From Conidiobolus incongruus B7586 (taxonomy: Eukaryota): a DNA stretch of 20,000 nucleotides. Shown here one piece after another: positions 1 to 11,026 of the stretch. Every line of letters starts with the position of its first letter. Positions within the stretch are counted from its first letter, which is position 1. The notes under the pieces were generated by a model. The model did not search any database, was not told the origin of the DNA, and worked only from the letters and a program-made list of their open reading frames with translations. The position numbers and the translations under genes are program-made. The DNA lies in contig JNEM01011122.1 in assembly GCA_000697335.1 (NCBI GenBank), positions 46,940 through 66,939 of the forward strand. Direction: 5' to 3'.

Positions 1-1
1 T

Positions 2-391
2 TTACAACTTGGCATTACCACGGACTTCTTTGAAGATATTGTCTAATTTAGTAGCTAAGAGCATTTGTCCTTTAACCTTAATTTTACCTTGCATAAAGGA
101 TTTTTGAGCGTTGGCCTTACCCTGGAAAAGTTGGACAAAGAGGTCGTCACCAACTTCAATAATTACGTCAGACTTTCCAGGAGCACCATTCTTGACTTCA
201 GGTTTTCCGCTCTTGAGATCAACTGTCCAGGTTTCTTCCTTCCCACTGCTATTCTTAATCTTAAATGCAAAGACAGCCTTAGCTTGTTTAGCTAATTTGT
301 CTTGTTTGTCTTGGGGTAAAGATTTGAAAGCAGAATCAATTTGCTTGAAAGCTTCAGAGGCTTTGTATCCAGAAACGTCGTTAAGAGTCAT
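2..391 (-). CDS. SCP2 sterol-binding domain protein (non-specific lipid transfer protein, POX18/SCP2-like), peroxisomal, 129 aa
   Basis: ATG at 391 (MTLNDVSG...) to TAA at 4-2, intronless. SCP2-family motifs: VFAFKIK...WTVDLK, DVIIEVGDDLFVQLFQGKANAQKSFMQGKIKVKGQMLLATKL. The C-terminal -AKL is a PTS1. The ORF track's start at 415 is not an ATG. Confidence 0.93.
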   Translation of the reverse strand: MTLNDVSGYKASEAFKQIDSAFKSLPQDKQDKLAKQAKAVFAFKIKNSSGKEETWTVDLKSGKPEVKNGAPGKSDVIIEVGDDLFVQLFQGKANAQKSFMQGKIKVKGQMLLATKLDNIFKEVRGNAKL

Positions 392-451
392 TTTAATATA
401 ATATTTAAGTTTCAATGAAAGGAAATAATTTAAAGGTACATGGCAAATCCT

Positions 452-533
452 TATTTATATTTCTCTATATTGTCCTATTCCCTTTTCAGCAAATGGTTAA
501 AAATTAATGATGATTGGTCATCAGGTGACGTAA
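452..533 (-). promoter_or_regulatory. Putative SCP2 gene promoter: TATA-like TATAAATA (452-459), CCAAT box GACCAATCA (511-519), ATF/CRE-type TGACGTAA (526-533)
   Basis: Motifs read directly 60-140 bp upstream of the ATG, in the expected order. Function is inferred. Confidence 0.45.
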
Positions 534-1260
534 TTTTATGAAAAAAACAAAACTATCATATGAAGAGTTAACATTCAGAATAATTCCAATATAAGATCTT
601 TTGAATAATATTTAAATACGTATTATATATATACCTATTAAAATCATGAAATGAATATATAGTCACTTTCATAATAACTTCTAAACGAATATCGAATTAA
701 AATTTATTTTATTAATGCAAATTTGAGTAAAATTTAATATCAAAGATGCATCTTAAAACCATTAGCATTTGATAATCAAACTAATTCACAAACTTTAATA
801 ACAAAGGAATAAAAATGATATTATTATCCACATCATGTACATATGACAACTATCGGACCATCATATTTTTAATTATGTCTTGAGACTTTTTATATAATAC
901 TAAACTTGATTTTATAATAATTTATATTCTAAATCGTCTAAATAAAAAAAATATAAATTTTTTTAACTTTGGCATTTATTCAACTCTATTCTAATTAGCA
1001 ATCACATCTTAATCTTGACTATGAAATATTGTACTTTTTATTATATCTCATTATATACTGATAAATTTTTAGATATTAAGTGCATAACCACTACTTTAGG
1101 CAGGATATTCCTGCAAATACTTTGATATCTTTAAGTTGCTCAAGACATAAAACAGATATTTTGAATTAATTTTTTATTCAACTAAATATAGAATAATCAC
1201 AAATATTAATATATTTTTTATTAAAATGATGATGATTATTTTCAATATCCAGATATTTAA

Positions 1261-1278
1261 TATATATATATATATATA
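1261..1278. repeat. (TA)9 microsatellite
   Basis: tatatatatatatatata read directly. Confidence 0.9.
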
Positions 1279-2253
1279 ACACAATAGAAGAAAGATCAGA
1301 AATACTATGACATATGATAATCTAATTAACAATCTTTGGTTGTTATAATTTCTTTCATATGAAATATATTGACATTGCTATCTTTCAAATCTATTTTATT
1401 TATTTTATGTATATTCTCAAACTATATATATTTGAGTTTTATTAAAGTTCGACCACTACACTATGAAATACAATATCCTTAAGATATAACCAAAACATTG
1501 AAAAATGTTGTAATCAAAAATTAAATATGAATTATATCATACTTTTTCAAATACTTAATAAATACTATCTATTGAATCATTTAAATATGTAGTTGTCATC
1601 TAAATCCAATATAATATTTGCTCTAATACCTGATGAACAATTATCCGGATATATTGGTTAATTAAAATTCAAAGAGTTATGTTAATAAAAATACCAGATT
1701 GCCATTAATAACGAAAAAAATAAAGATAAAATAAATAATGGTATTTTAATAATAAAAATTAATAAATTATAAATAATAAGCAATAAATTATTTAGTACAA
1801 TATAACATATAGTATATAAAATATTTGGGTTCAAATTAAAGAAAATTTGGCAATTTATCGAAAACTTCGATTTGATACAGATTAACAATGATATATTCAT
1901 AATATAAATATATAACATTATGTGAATTGAAAAACCATGACATTTATGTTGTTCACGTTTAATTGATATATTAAATTGATTAATTAAGCTTATCATAGCA
2001 TTTATATTAGAGTATTTTGTTGAATTTTTTGTACAAAAATTTTACTATCATAATAAAATAATAACAAAATCATTGTAATTGATATATGTAAAATATTATA
2101 TTTTGAAATTTAATAAATACAAGTTTTTCAAATAATTTTTCGTTATAATTATTATAATTTAAATAATCTCAGGCCAAGATACGTTATTATATGAGAAATA
2201 ACTCTCAATACTTAAATAGAATTATATAACTGATGCTCTACCAATCTACTTAC

Positions 2254-2288
<35 letters not shown>
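2254..2288. repeat. (AAT)11-12 microsatellite
   Basis: Perfect AAT run of 35 nt, just downstream of the AT-hook gene. Confidence 0.95.
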
Positions 2289-2289
<1 letters not shown>

Positions 2290-2471
2290 CAAAATTCTAT
2301 ATAAAAAAAGGTTTTATTATTAAAATAAAACATGAATTCAAACACCTTCTGGTTAGTATGACAATTTTGTGCAAACGCCATGAAGAATAGAATTAAAAAA
2401 ATTACTAGAAACACAGTTAATAATATTAATCAATATTTTAATCAACTAGGATCAAATATTGATCAAAATAC

Positions 2472-3812
2472 TCAATTAGAAGTTGTTGTATTAGCTGCAG
2501 CAGGTTCTGGGAAAGAAGTAGGGACTGGAAAAGTATCTTGATTTTGAGCGGGGGGATTAAGCAATTGATTGGGGATTTCTTCAGGCTTGGAAATTGTGCT
2601 ATTAGCAATTGGTTGATCATTGAATGTTGAACTATTGGGAATAGTAGTAGAAACATATGGCACACTCTGTTGAATACCATTGGCTTGAGGAATAGTAGAG
2701 TTTGATAAAACTTGTGCTTCAGGTTGGGTGGCTTGTTGATCTAAAGAAATTTGAGGCTGGACATTTACAGAATTAATGAATGGGAGATTTTGCTGAGAGC
2801 TTAAGTTAGCATCGGAAATAGGTTGTGGTTTGGGATTTGAATCAGCTTGAGGAATAGTTTGGGGAATGGGGTTTGAATTAACCTGTGGAATAGGTTGAGG
2901 ATTGATATTTGAATCAGCTTGAGGAATAGCTTGATTGTCTGAAATGGCTGGGATAGACACATTTTCACTAGTGGCTGAGGGAATTGATTCATGCTCAATT
3001 TTTCCTCTTTTATTTTGGGGTTCTTCGTTGTCGTCAGTGGTTTGGGGTTTTGAATTGGTTTCGGGAGCAACAGGATTTTGGTCTGATTTTTTGGGTCTTC
3101 CTCTTTTACCTTTGGTTTCTGGTGTTTTAATAGTCTTGGGTTCACTAGTTCCGGTAGCATTCTTTGGTGGTCTTCCTCTCTTGCCTTTAGTTGAAGTTGA
3201 AGCTCTTGGACCCCTCTTTCCTGATTTTTGGGTAGGTTCAACGGAAACTTGATACACAGAAGTCTTTTTAATTTGTCTGCCACTTCTACTAGTTTCAGGG
3301 ATATAGTTACCAAGGTCATTAAATCGTTCAAAAGTATCTTTATTTTTTTGACCTTTTTTCCTTCCTCTTTGCGGCTTAGAATCTAACAAAATAAAATTTA
3401 TAATATTTAATATATTCTTAAAATTAAATATAATTACCATTTTCTTTATTTTCAGAGTTCTCTTCCAAAATAGAATCTTCAGGGTTGGAAACGGGAGCTG
3501 ATTCTGAATTTTGATTACCATTTAATTGTACTTCAGGAGCTTTTTCTAATTCAAGTTAATTTATTGAAATATATATACATATATCAAATCAGATTTACCT
3601 TCATTTGAATGAGAATTGGACCCGTTTGGAATGGAATCTTGACCAACAGGTTGAATTTCTTGCTTATTGCCAAGATCAGCTGAATTATCGTTCTGTTGAG
3701 TAGGTTCAGCTACTTTTTGAACTGGGTTCACATCTTGAACAGGTTCTAAAGAAAGGTTTGGTTGAGTTTGAACTGTTTCAGTTAGGTTGTTATCATTAAT
3801 TGGTAAAGACAT
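2472..3812 (-). CDS. AT-hook (HMGA-like) DNA-binding protein, largely disordered, Q/P/N/S-rich, ~410 aa; exons 3812-3599, 3545-3438, 3382-2472
   Basis: Two GT-AG introns, 3598-3546 (53 nt) and 3437-3383 (55 nt), join the 83-aa and 349-aa ORFs in frame (...SNE/EKAPEVQ...KEN/DSKPQRGRKK). Total 1233 nt. Canonical AT hooks KGKRGRPPK and KGKRGRPKK, plus degenerate KPQRGRKK and GKRGPR. Confidence 0.82.
2815..2929 (-). repeat. Internal ~72-nt tandem duplication in the AT-hook gene (IPQADSNxxPQPI repeats)
   Basis: atttgaatcagcttgaggaatag is identical at 2835-2857 and 2907-2929. Protein reads QAIPQADSNINPQPIPQVNSNPIPQTIPQADSNPKPQPI. Confidence 0.85.
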
Positions 3813-5810
3813 TTTAGCAAATAATTGAAAATTTATCAGTTTACAATTTTAATAATATTGTAAATTTTATATAAGTGAACAATTATAAGAAGCAAATGGC
3901 AAATGAAATAATTTGAATAATTTAAATAAAAAAAATAAAAATTGCTATTTAAGTTTAATTAATCAAATATTACCTATCATTAATTAATTTAATTGGTTGA
4001 CTCAATTAAGTGATGTCATCTGAATGGCTATAATTTAAGACTGATTAATTGATTGATGATGAATGATGAAAAGATTTAAAATAACTTGGGTGTTGATTGG
4101 TCAACATTACTAATTAATCACAACTACTCCATTATGATCATTTGATCAAAAAATTTCTTTTTTGAGTGCCTTATATTAAATAATAATTATTTAAAATTTT
4201 AACAGTGGAATTAAAAATTAAAAAATCTGAATATATATTTATGTATATAATGCCAATATGTGTAGATTAAATAAAAAATTCCAATCTATTTTATAACGAA
4301 TAAATCTAAACAATGAGATATTTAATGGTCCAGTAATGAGCTTTTGTATGCTTCATTTGATCATCCTGAAGTCAACGATTAACTTTATATGAAATATAAA
4401 ACTACAAATTTAAATTAATTGCGGTATTCTCATTTGAATCAATTACAATTGCCTAATGATTTATCCTGTTATAATTACAAATAAAATAATATCAGTTATC
4501 ATTTCTAATTATCAATATATCAACTTCAGAATTCTATATCATTTCCAACTAATTTTAGACGCTTGTAATAAATGTTCGTATGATTGTATAGTATTTTTGT
4601 ATAAATTACATAATTAAAAATTATATATATTATTTTTAGATGTCAATGTGTGTCAAATAAAATTGTGAGAAAATTTTGTTGCAAGAAGTGTCTTAAATTA
4701 ATTTGAAAATGGTATATTCAGAAATATCAATCGTAAATAATTTATTTGATAGAGAAATTCTACTAAGAAAATAAATTAAATGAATAAGAAAATAGTGTAT
4801 ATTTATTTTTTTACTCTTTTATAAGTCATTTAAAGTCATTATGATTTATCCTAATCAAAATAATCTTACCATTTAATGAAATCATTAATATCATAAACAA
4901 GAATGGATAGTTCAATTGAAATTTCAGATGCCCTGTTGAAATGTAAAATTAGAAACTCGTTAAAATTATTTAAAATCAACCTTTTTTGAAGCAAATTAAT
5001 GTATATAGTACTAAGAATAATTATTATATCTGAATTATGGTATTATTCTAAAAAATTGTTGAATTTAATAAATACATCATAAATAATTATTTTTTGGTGT
5101 TATAAAATAGAGCAATCAAAAAAATTAGAATTTCTATATAATCACTCAATATTTTTTATATTTATTTGATCGGACAGATCTGTATACATTACAACAAGTT
5201 CATAAGTATTCAAAGATACATACTGAAAAAAATCAATTATCTATTCAATAAAAAGTTGAAAACACATAATTTTATCAACAGAAAGCGGCTATAGTATTCA
5301 ATCAAGAAAGACTGCCAAGCATTGACCCGATTATAACTCATATACCCTGTATATTTTTAATGTTTAAAGGATTCATTTATAAGTAATATATCTAATAACT
5401 GATAAAGTGATTCATTTCAATTTTTTCAATGTTATAGCAGTCTATTAAACTTGACGATATCTTTGGGTATTTTTGATCTATTTCAATAAGCTTAATTATT
5501 CAAAAATAATTTATTTCTAATCAATAAATTATTTACTTTGTTTTGATATGTAACAAGATTCAATATAATAGTAATAATTAATATAATTCTAAAAAATAAG
5601 GTTATATATTGAGATACTTGACAAATTATTCGTTAATAGAACATATATTCAAATCATTACAAGCTATAATCCATTTTCAAGGATTATATTCACCATATAT
5701 TGCGAAAAATTTGATAATATAAACAGTTTAAGTATTTTAGTAAATTTAAAATGGCCAATATATTGTTACTAATTAAATTATTATGTACATTCAATGGATT
5801 TGAAGTTATA

Positions 5811-6041
5811 CTAATTCGTTTCGTTAATGTCAGAAAACACCCACCATCTTCAAAATTTTCAATCCTTTTTTATAACTAAGCTAGATTGCTATCATATTTG
5901 GTTTCTATTAGTCGATATTTGATTAAGTATTATAGCTATTTAGTAGAGGAATATATCATACAAGGTAATTACTGAAATACAAAAAATATGAGAAAATTTT
6001 GAAGATGGTGACTGCTTTCACGCCTTAATGAAACAAAATAG
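5811..6041. mobile_element. Foldback / MITE-like long imperfect inverted repeat
   Basis: Perfect 19-bp inverted repeat: caccatcttcaaaattttc (5842-5860) and gaaaattttgaagatggtg (5992-6010). It extends outward at 21/31 identity (5811-5841 vs 6011-6041) and patchily inward. No ORF. The mobile-element identity is inferred and I found no TSD. Confidence 0.55.
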
Positions 6042-6685
6042 CAATTATGATTCTACTATTAAAGATTAATCAAAAATTATTCAAATCGAGCATTTTGTCA
6101 CATAATTTTTGATATTAGTTTTAGTTTAATGATAAAAATATAACATATTCTACCTGATAATAATAACACGTTACTAAATCAATGCGAGATATATTTTGAA
6201 TATCTTAATATATAAAAATATATTATATAACTCATTACTCAGCTATTTGATGATGATTTGCAAATATGTTGGATAAAATTAATCTACTTTGTGAGTGTAG
6301 GCGGAAACATTCTAAACCATGCCTGATTCATGACCCCAGTTCGTTTGGTTTATAACAATCATACACTTCTCATAACTGGATTCTAATAATTTGGTCTCTT
6401 TGTTTAATTTATTTAATAGTTTAAATTTTTCATAATTGACGCTAAACTTGACAGCAGATCATGGTTAATCAATTCGGCCAATGTAAAATTTCTTGTAAAA
6501 TAGAGCTTGACTATGCTTAGTAAACATTGCTTTTTTTGAAGTAGTTAAAGCTCTTCTACTATATCATATAAATAATAAACAAGCTTTATAGATTAATAGG
6601 ATTTATTAAAGCTTGGAGAACATCAATATTTCAAGACACCTATTCGCATAAATTTACAACCAAATTTAGATAACCAAGTTGAAAC

Positions 6686-6930
6686 GAATTTACTCATCTA
6701 ATCAAAACAGGTGAATTCAGGATCAATTTTTGAATTGAACACTTAAATTATTCAATATAATTTAGACTCACTTTGTTTTACACAATCTACTAGACGATGT
6801 TTCTTTTGATGTGAACTAAGTCTTTGGCTCAATTAAGTGGTGGTGGTATCAATAATGACGGGATGATATGGAAAATTTAGTTACCCCAATATTGTCCTGA
6901 AAGATTTAGTGCCAGCATTTTCATTTGTTA
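6686..6930 (+). pseudogene. Possible heavily decayed Tc1/mariner-type transposase fragment
   Basis: Fragments in shifting frames: EFTHLIKTGEFRINF, DDVSFDVN*VFGSIK, GGG, SIMTG*YG, YPNIVLKDLVPAF. Order and spacing resemble the Tc1 DDE core (..VIFSDESKFNL .. FD.KYV..TVK.GGGSIMVWG .. Y..IL...L.P). Needs several frameshifts and stops; matched by eye only. Confidence 0.3.
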
Positions 6931-7097
6931 ATTGGATTTGTGGTTAGCCTGAAAAATGTATGATGTATTAACCCATATTTCAAAGACAAAAAGTGATAAA
7001 AATGGTTAATCAATTTATTTATTCCAAATATCATGTACAACATTCTTTAAACAATCAAAGTAATCAATCAAACAAAGATAATAAATATGAGGGAATA

Positions 7098-7787
7098 TTA
7101 GACGACTGCAATGTCGTGTTCAACCAGGAACTCGGCAATGAATTCATCGTCGAAATCCACCTTATCATTGATTATAAAGTTAGGATTCCTCTGTTGAAAG
7201 TCATATAGGATAGCTTCAATAGCTAGTTTTCTGTCCTCTGGGTTTTTTAAGTCGATAACATATCGATCCTTTTTGGATTTTCCGGGTATTGGTGCGACAA
7301 TTCCGTATTTGGCTTTAATTTTTTTTAAGAATTTGATGGAGTTGGTTGAATAGTTCTTAGCACTAGGTTGTGTTGATCCGTAGGCTATCGTTGTATTGCA
7401 AATTTGCTGAGCTTGAGGTGAAATGGAGGTGATCCAGCCAATAGCGGTTAAAGGATCCCACCAGCGATTGGAACGGTGTTTTGAAGAAGTAAATGAGCCT
7501 GAGCTGAGACTTTGGAAGGAAGGATTGTAAGCTGGGCAAGTTTTTATTTGAGGACGTTTCTTAGTTGAAAGTTGATAGTTTAATAGATTTTTTTCAAAAG
7601 GAGCAACTCCAAACATTTTTGACAACTCAAATTCAGATACTGTCATATCCTTATGAGTGATATAGGGATTGAAGCTGGGTTGATATATGTCACTTGAAAC
7701 TGAGTTAATTGTACATGTTGAGCTATAAAGTGAAGGAGGAGACATTATAGAAGAGTCAAAAGATGGCTTCGATAGAAGGGAAGTCAT
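7098..7787 (-). CDS. Hypothetical protein, 229 aa, intronless; Ser-rich N-terminus and globular-looking C-terminal half
   Basis: ATG-to-TAA ORF, clearly less AT-rich than its flanks. GTATAAATAC TATA box 63 bp upstream (7850-7859) and AATAAA-type signal downstream (~7016-7023). No family recognised. Confidence 0.8.
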   Translation of the reverse strand: MTSLLSKPSFDSSIMSPPSLYSSTCTINSVSSDIYQPSFNPYITHKDMTVSEFELSKMFGVAPFEKNLLNYQLSTKKRPQIKTCPAYNPSFQSLSSGSFTSSKHRSNRWWDPLTAIGWITSISPQAQQICNTTIAYGSTQPSAKNYSTNSIKFLKKIKAKYGIVAPIPGKSKKDRYVIDLKNPEDRKLAIEAILYDFQQRNPNFIINDKVDFDDEFIAEFLVEHDIAVV

Positions 7788-8992
7788 ATTGGGTCTATTA
7801 AATGAAAAAGGAATTGTTAAACTTGAAATTGTAGAGTGGGCGAGGATTGGTATTTATACTATTGGATTTCATAGAAATTGGTTATGTAGTTTGAAATTGA
7901 ACCAATTAAAAAGACTGGGAGACTTTTAGTGTGAGAGGAATGTAAAATATAATTTAATGTTTGAAATCCAAAAAAAAACTCTAGCAAAATGATAATTGAT
8001 ATTAATCTAGAAACTAATTGGTACTAATATCAATTACTAAATATAAACAATGTATGATCATAGATTAATTTAAATATTCTAAGAAATCATGCGATTGAAT
8101 ACTACCAATTAAAAAACAGTTTGTTGAGATTTCATTAGATTAGTTATACGGAAATAACGCTTCATATATGATTAGTATTTATTGTCATTTATAAAATTGT
8201 GATAAACTACATATATTGCACGTTTTACTAATATCATTTTTAATTGGTATTTGGTTGCGTAAACTAAAAGTATGCTCAAGACTAAAGACGATAGACAATT
8301 CAGTAATCAATCAGTAATATCATATATGTAATAAAATGATATTATTTCATTATATCGATATACATTATGATAAAAAATTGATGGATAATTAAAATGTATG
8401 TCTTGAAAATTTACAACAAATGTACTCAATGCTAATAGAGTTATAAATCATTCAACCAAAACTCGGCTAAATTGTGTTGTCCATATTCAATTTTATTCGT
8501 AACATTTTTAACAATAAATATCCCGATGATGATATCATCATCTATTCAACTTAATAAACCACCACTAAAATTACTTCAACAATTTGACTAAGATTATGTT
8601 TATATTATATATTAAGTATATAAGTACATATAATTTTTCATTATATGAGTTGAATACAAGGTCGCTATTTATTCACAGTATAAAATATAATTATTATTTA
8701 TTCGCAATTTGCCATCAATATATAATCATATTTCATAATATTAAAAGAGTGATAAATAATACAATCTATAAATATATAATAAACAGTACTATATAAACAT
8801 GTTAAACAAATAGTATAATATTAATAATTAAGGATATAAAATTGATGGATCAGATAGAGATTTGAATAAATTTAAATTGCAATAAAATCCCATTAAATTA
8901 AAGTTTATTAAATGCATTAAAATTCCTAGAATATGAATTTAAATAAATAAACTGTTAACTCTAATCTTGTAATCAATACCAAAAAGATCAAA

Positions 8993-10025
8993 ATGGGACG
9001 CAATAAAAACGTAAAAACAAGTACTACCATCAACGGTACCAGTAGCAGTACCATCACATCAAAACAGTTAAAGGACAGCAAATTACAGTCTAAAAAGTTA
9101 AAAAGTTCTGACAAGTATAAGAACATGAAGTTAAATAGTAAAACGAAACTCAAAAAGAGTAAATCGGACCAAATCAATAACTCGGAAGCTTTGACTAAAT
9201 TTCGTGAGAAATTCATTATAAATTTGTCTAACTGTATTCACCAATTTGAACAGGATTGTTTACGGTATATCATATACCTAATTTATTATTTGTTTTCGAT
9301 AATAATATTGATATACTTTTTTATAGTGAATATCAATATAAAATCAAAGAAATTGACCAACAGTTAAAAGCTATACACGAAAGTAAATACACGCTTATTT
9401 AACAAAATCTAACATTTGTACTAATGCTGTTTAATATTAATAGATCCTAACAAAGTATTTGCAGAACAATACGACCAATTAAACCAATTACGAGATTATA
9501 AAATCTATAGGGACGAAATAGATAGAAATTATAAATTGAAAGAAATTGAGGAAGAGTATAAGAGTTTGTTAATCAAAGCTGAAAAGAATTATCAGGTAAA
9601 TTAAATATTATTACTATATAATTTATATCATTATTGATAACTTGTAGAATGAAAATGAAAATGTACGTAAGAGATTGTTAAGTTACGTTCAGGAAAAGAG
9701 AACGAGACTTAGGGATGAAATGAATAATATGGAAATTAGTGAAGGTATAAAATCAAGTATATTAAATACAATATAAGCTAATAATTAAATACCAATAGAT
9801 TACACAGTAGAAATACCCAACAGGAACCATCCCCAAACCAGACGATCCAAGCGCAAAGAAGAAGAATTAAATATCATCTACAACAAAGTACCCAAAATAG
9901 AACTCAATCCTAAGTTATTTACACTGCGCCAGGATCAAGTATCCGAAGATTTCGATATCTTTTACAACGGCAACGGCCAGCAGATGATGGGCAAGAGGAG
10001 AAATTTGAGGAATGGAAAGAAATAG
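8993..10025 (+). CDS. Sds3-like (Sds3/Dep1/BRMS1 family) Sin3-Rpd3L HDAC complex subunit, ~267 aa; exons 8993-9264, 9327-9382, 9444-9595, 9648-9744, 9799-10025
   Basis: Four GT-AG introns (62, 61, 52, 54 nt) give an 804-nt open frame. Coiled-coil core QFEQDCLREYQYKIKEIDQQLKAIHENPNKVFAEQYDQLNQLRDYKI...EEEYK...NVRKRLLSYVQEKRTRLRDEMNNMEI, then LFTLRQDQVSEDFDIF. This matches the Sds3-like pattern as I remember it. Basic N-terminus. Confidence 0.78.
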
Positions 10026-11026
10026 GCTGTATTACTATTATCCCCTAAGATCATATCATTTCAACTCGTTACTTTACTAACTTCCCGTATACTATTTTCA
10101 ATCCTTTCAGCATTTGGCTAGCTATTTTGATTACAAATTGTTCTTGACATCATTTTTATTTACTCTCAACTTTAAGTATTCATCGCATTATATTTGTTAG
10201 CACAAGTTAAAGGTTTAATTTTTATTGATTAATAAATATCTATTTCATTTTTGTTTAATTAATTTACAATTTACTTTGTAACTCTTTTAATATATACTTA
10301 ATCATACTATAAATGTCCTTTAAATAAAATGATAAAACTAATGTTTGTTATGGTAGAATTTTTAAATAATGTTATTAGTATTATGTAACCTTTATTAAGA
10401 AATATAAAAATATTTTAAACCATTTTATTATTCTCTTAACAATATAATTTTACAAGTCAGAATATTATCATTAGTATAACCATTATAGTTTATTACAAAA
10501 TTTTTTAAATTCGATACCATATAATCAAGGCTTACTTGTTTAATTCATTCAAAATATTATATATATTTACTAATAATTAATGGCATTTCTTTTTAATATT
10601 TCAATATTATTGATTAAAAGATATTTCCATTGTATTAAACATGATAATTATTATAATATGTTCAAGTTTTCAAACAAAAAATAACCTTATAAATATTCAA
10701 AAATTAACTAATAAAAAGATGTCCATTTTAAAATAATATTTTTGAAGATCCCATATCTTATGATTATTCAAAAACTATTAATAATATCTATAAATTCATA
10801 TTACTTCAATAATATTAATTTAAACTTTTTGCCAAAAAAATCAATAATTTTTTAAATTAGGAAATAATTAATAAACAAAAATTTTTTTATCATTCTAGAA
10901 ATTATTAATTAATATTTGGTTTTTTTTTAATTGTATTCCGTAGTACTTAATATTAAAATTTCTTTCTTTTTAACTTTTATATTATTTATTAATATTATAA
11001 TAATATACTAATATTTTTTTAAAAAA

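Noticed and set aside
65..401. Plus-strand ORFs 65-295 and 111-401
   Set aside because: Antisense shadows of the SCP2 gene with non-ATG starts.
1682..1996. I/L/F/N/Y-rich ORFs at 1682-1996, 8584-8796, 13213-13410, 14827-15024
   Set aside because: Composition is what random AT-rich DNA yields. No motifs, GC rise or splice support.
2438..3331. ORFs 2438-2680, 2801-3331 and 2935-3252
   Set aside because: Alternate-frame or antisense shadows of the AT-hook gene's last exon.
6248..6330. Possible C/D box snoRNA (ATGATGA ... CTGA)
   Set aside because: Only a minimal terminal stem and no rRNA-complementary guide I can recognise. Such motifs are frequent by chance here.
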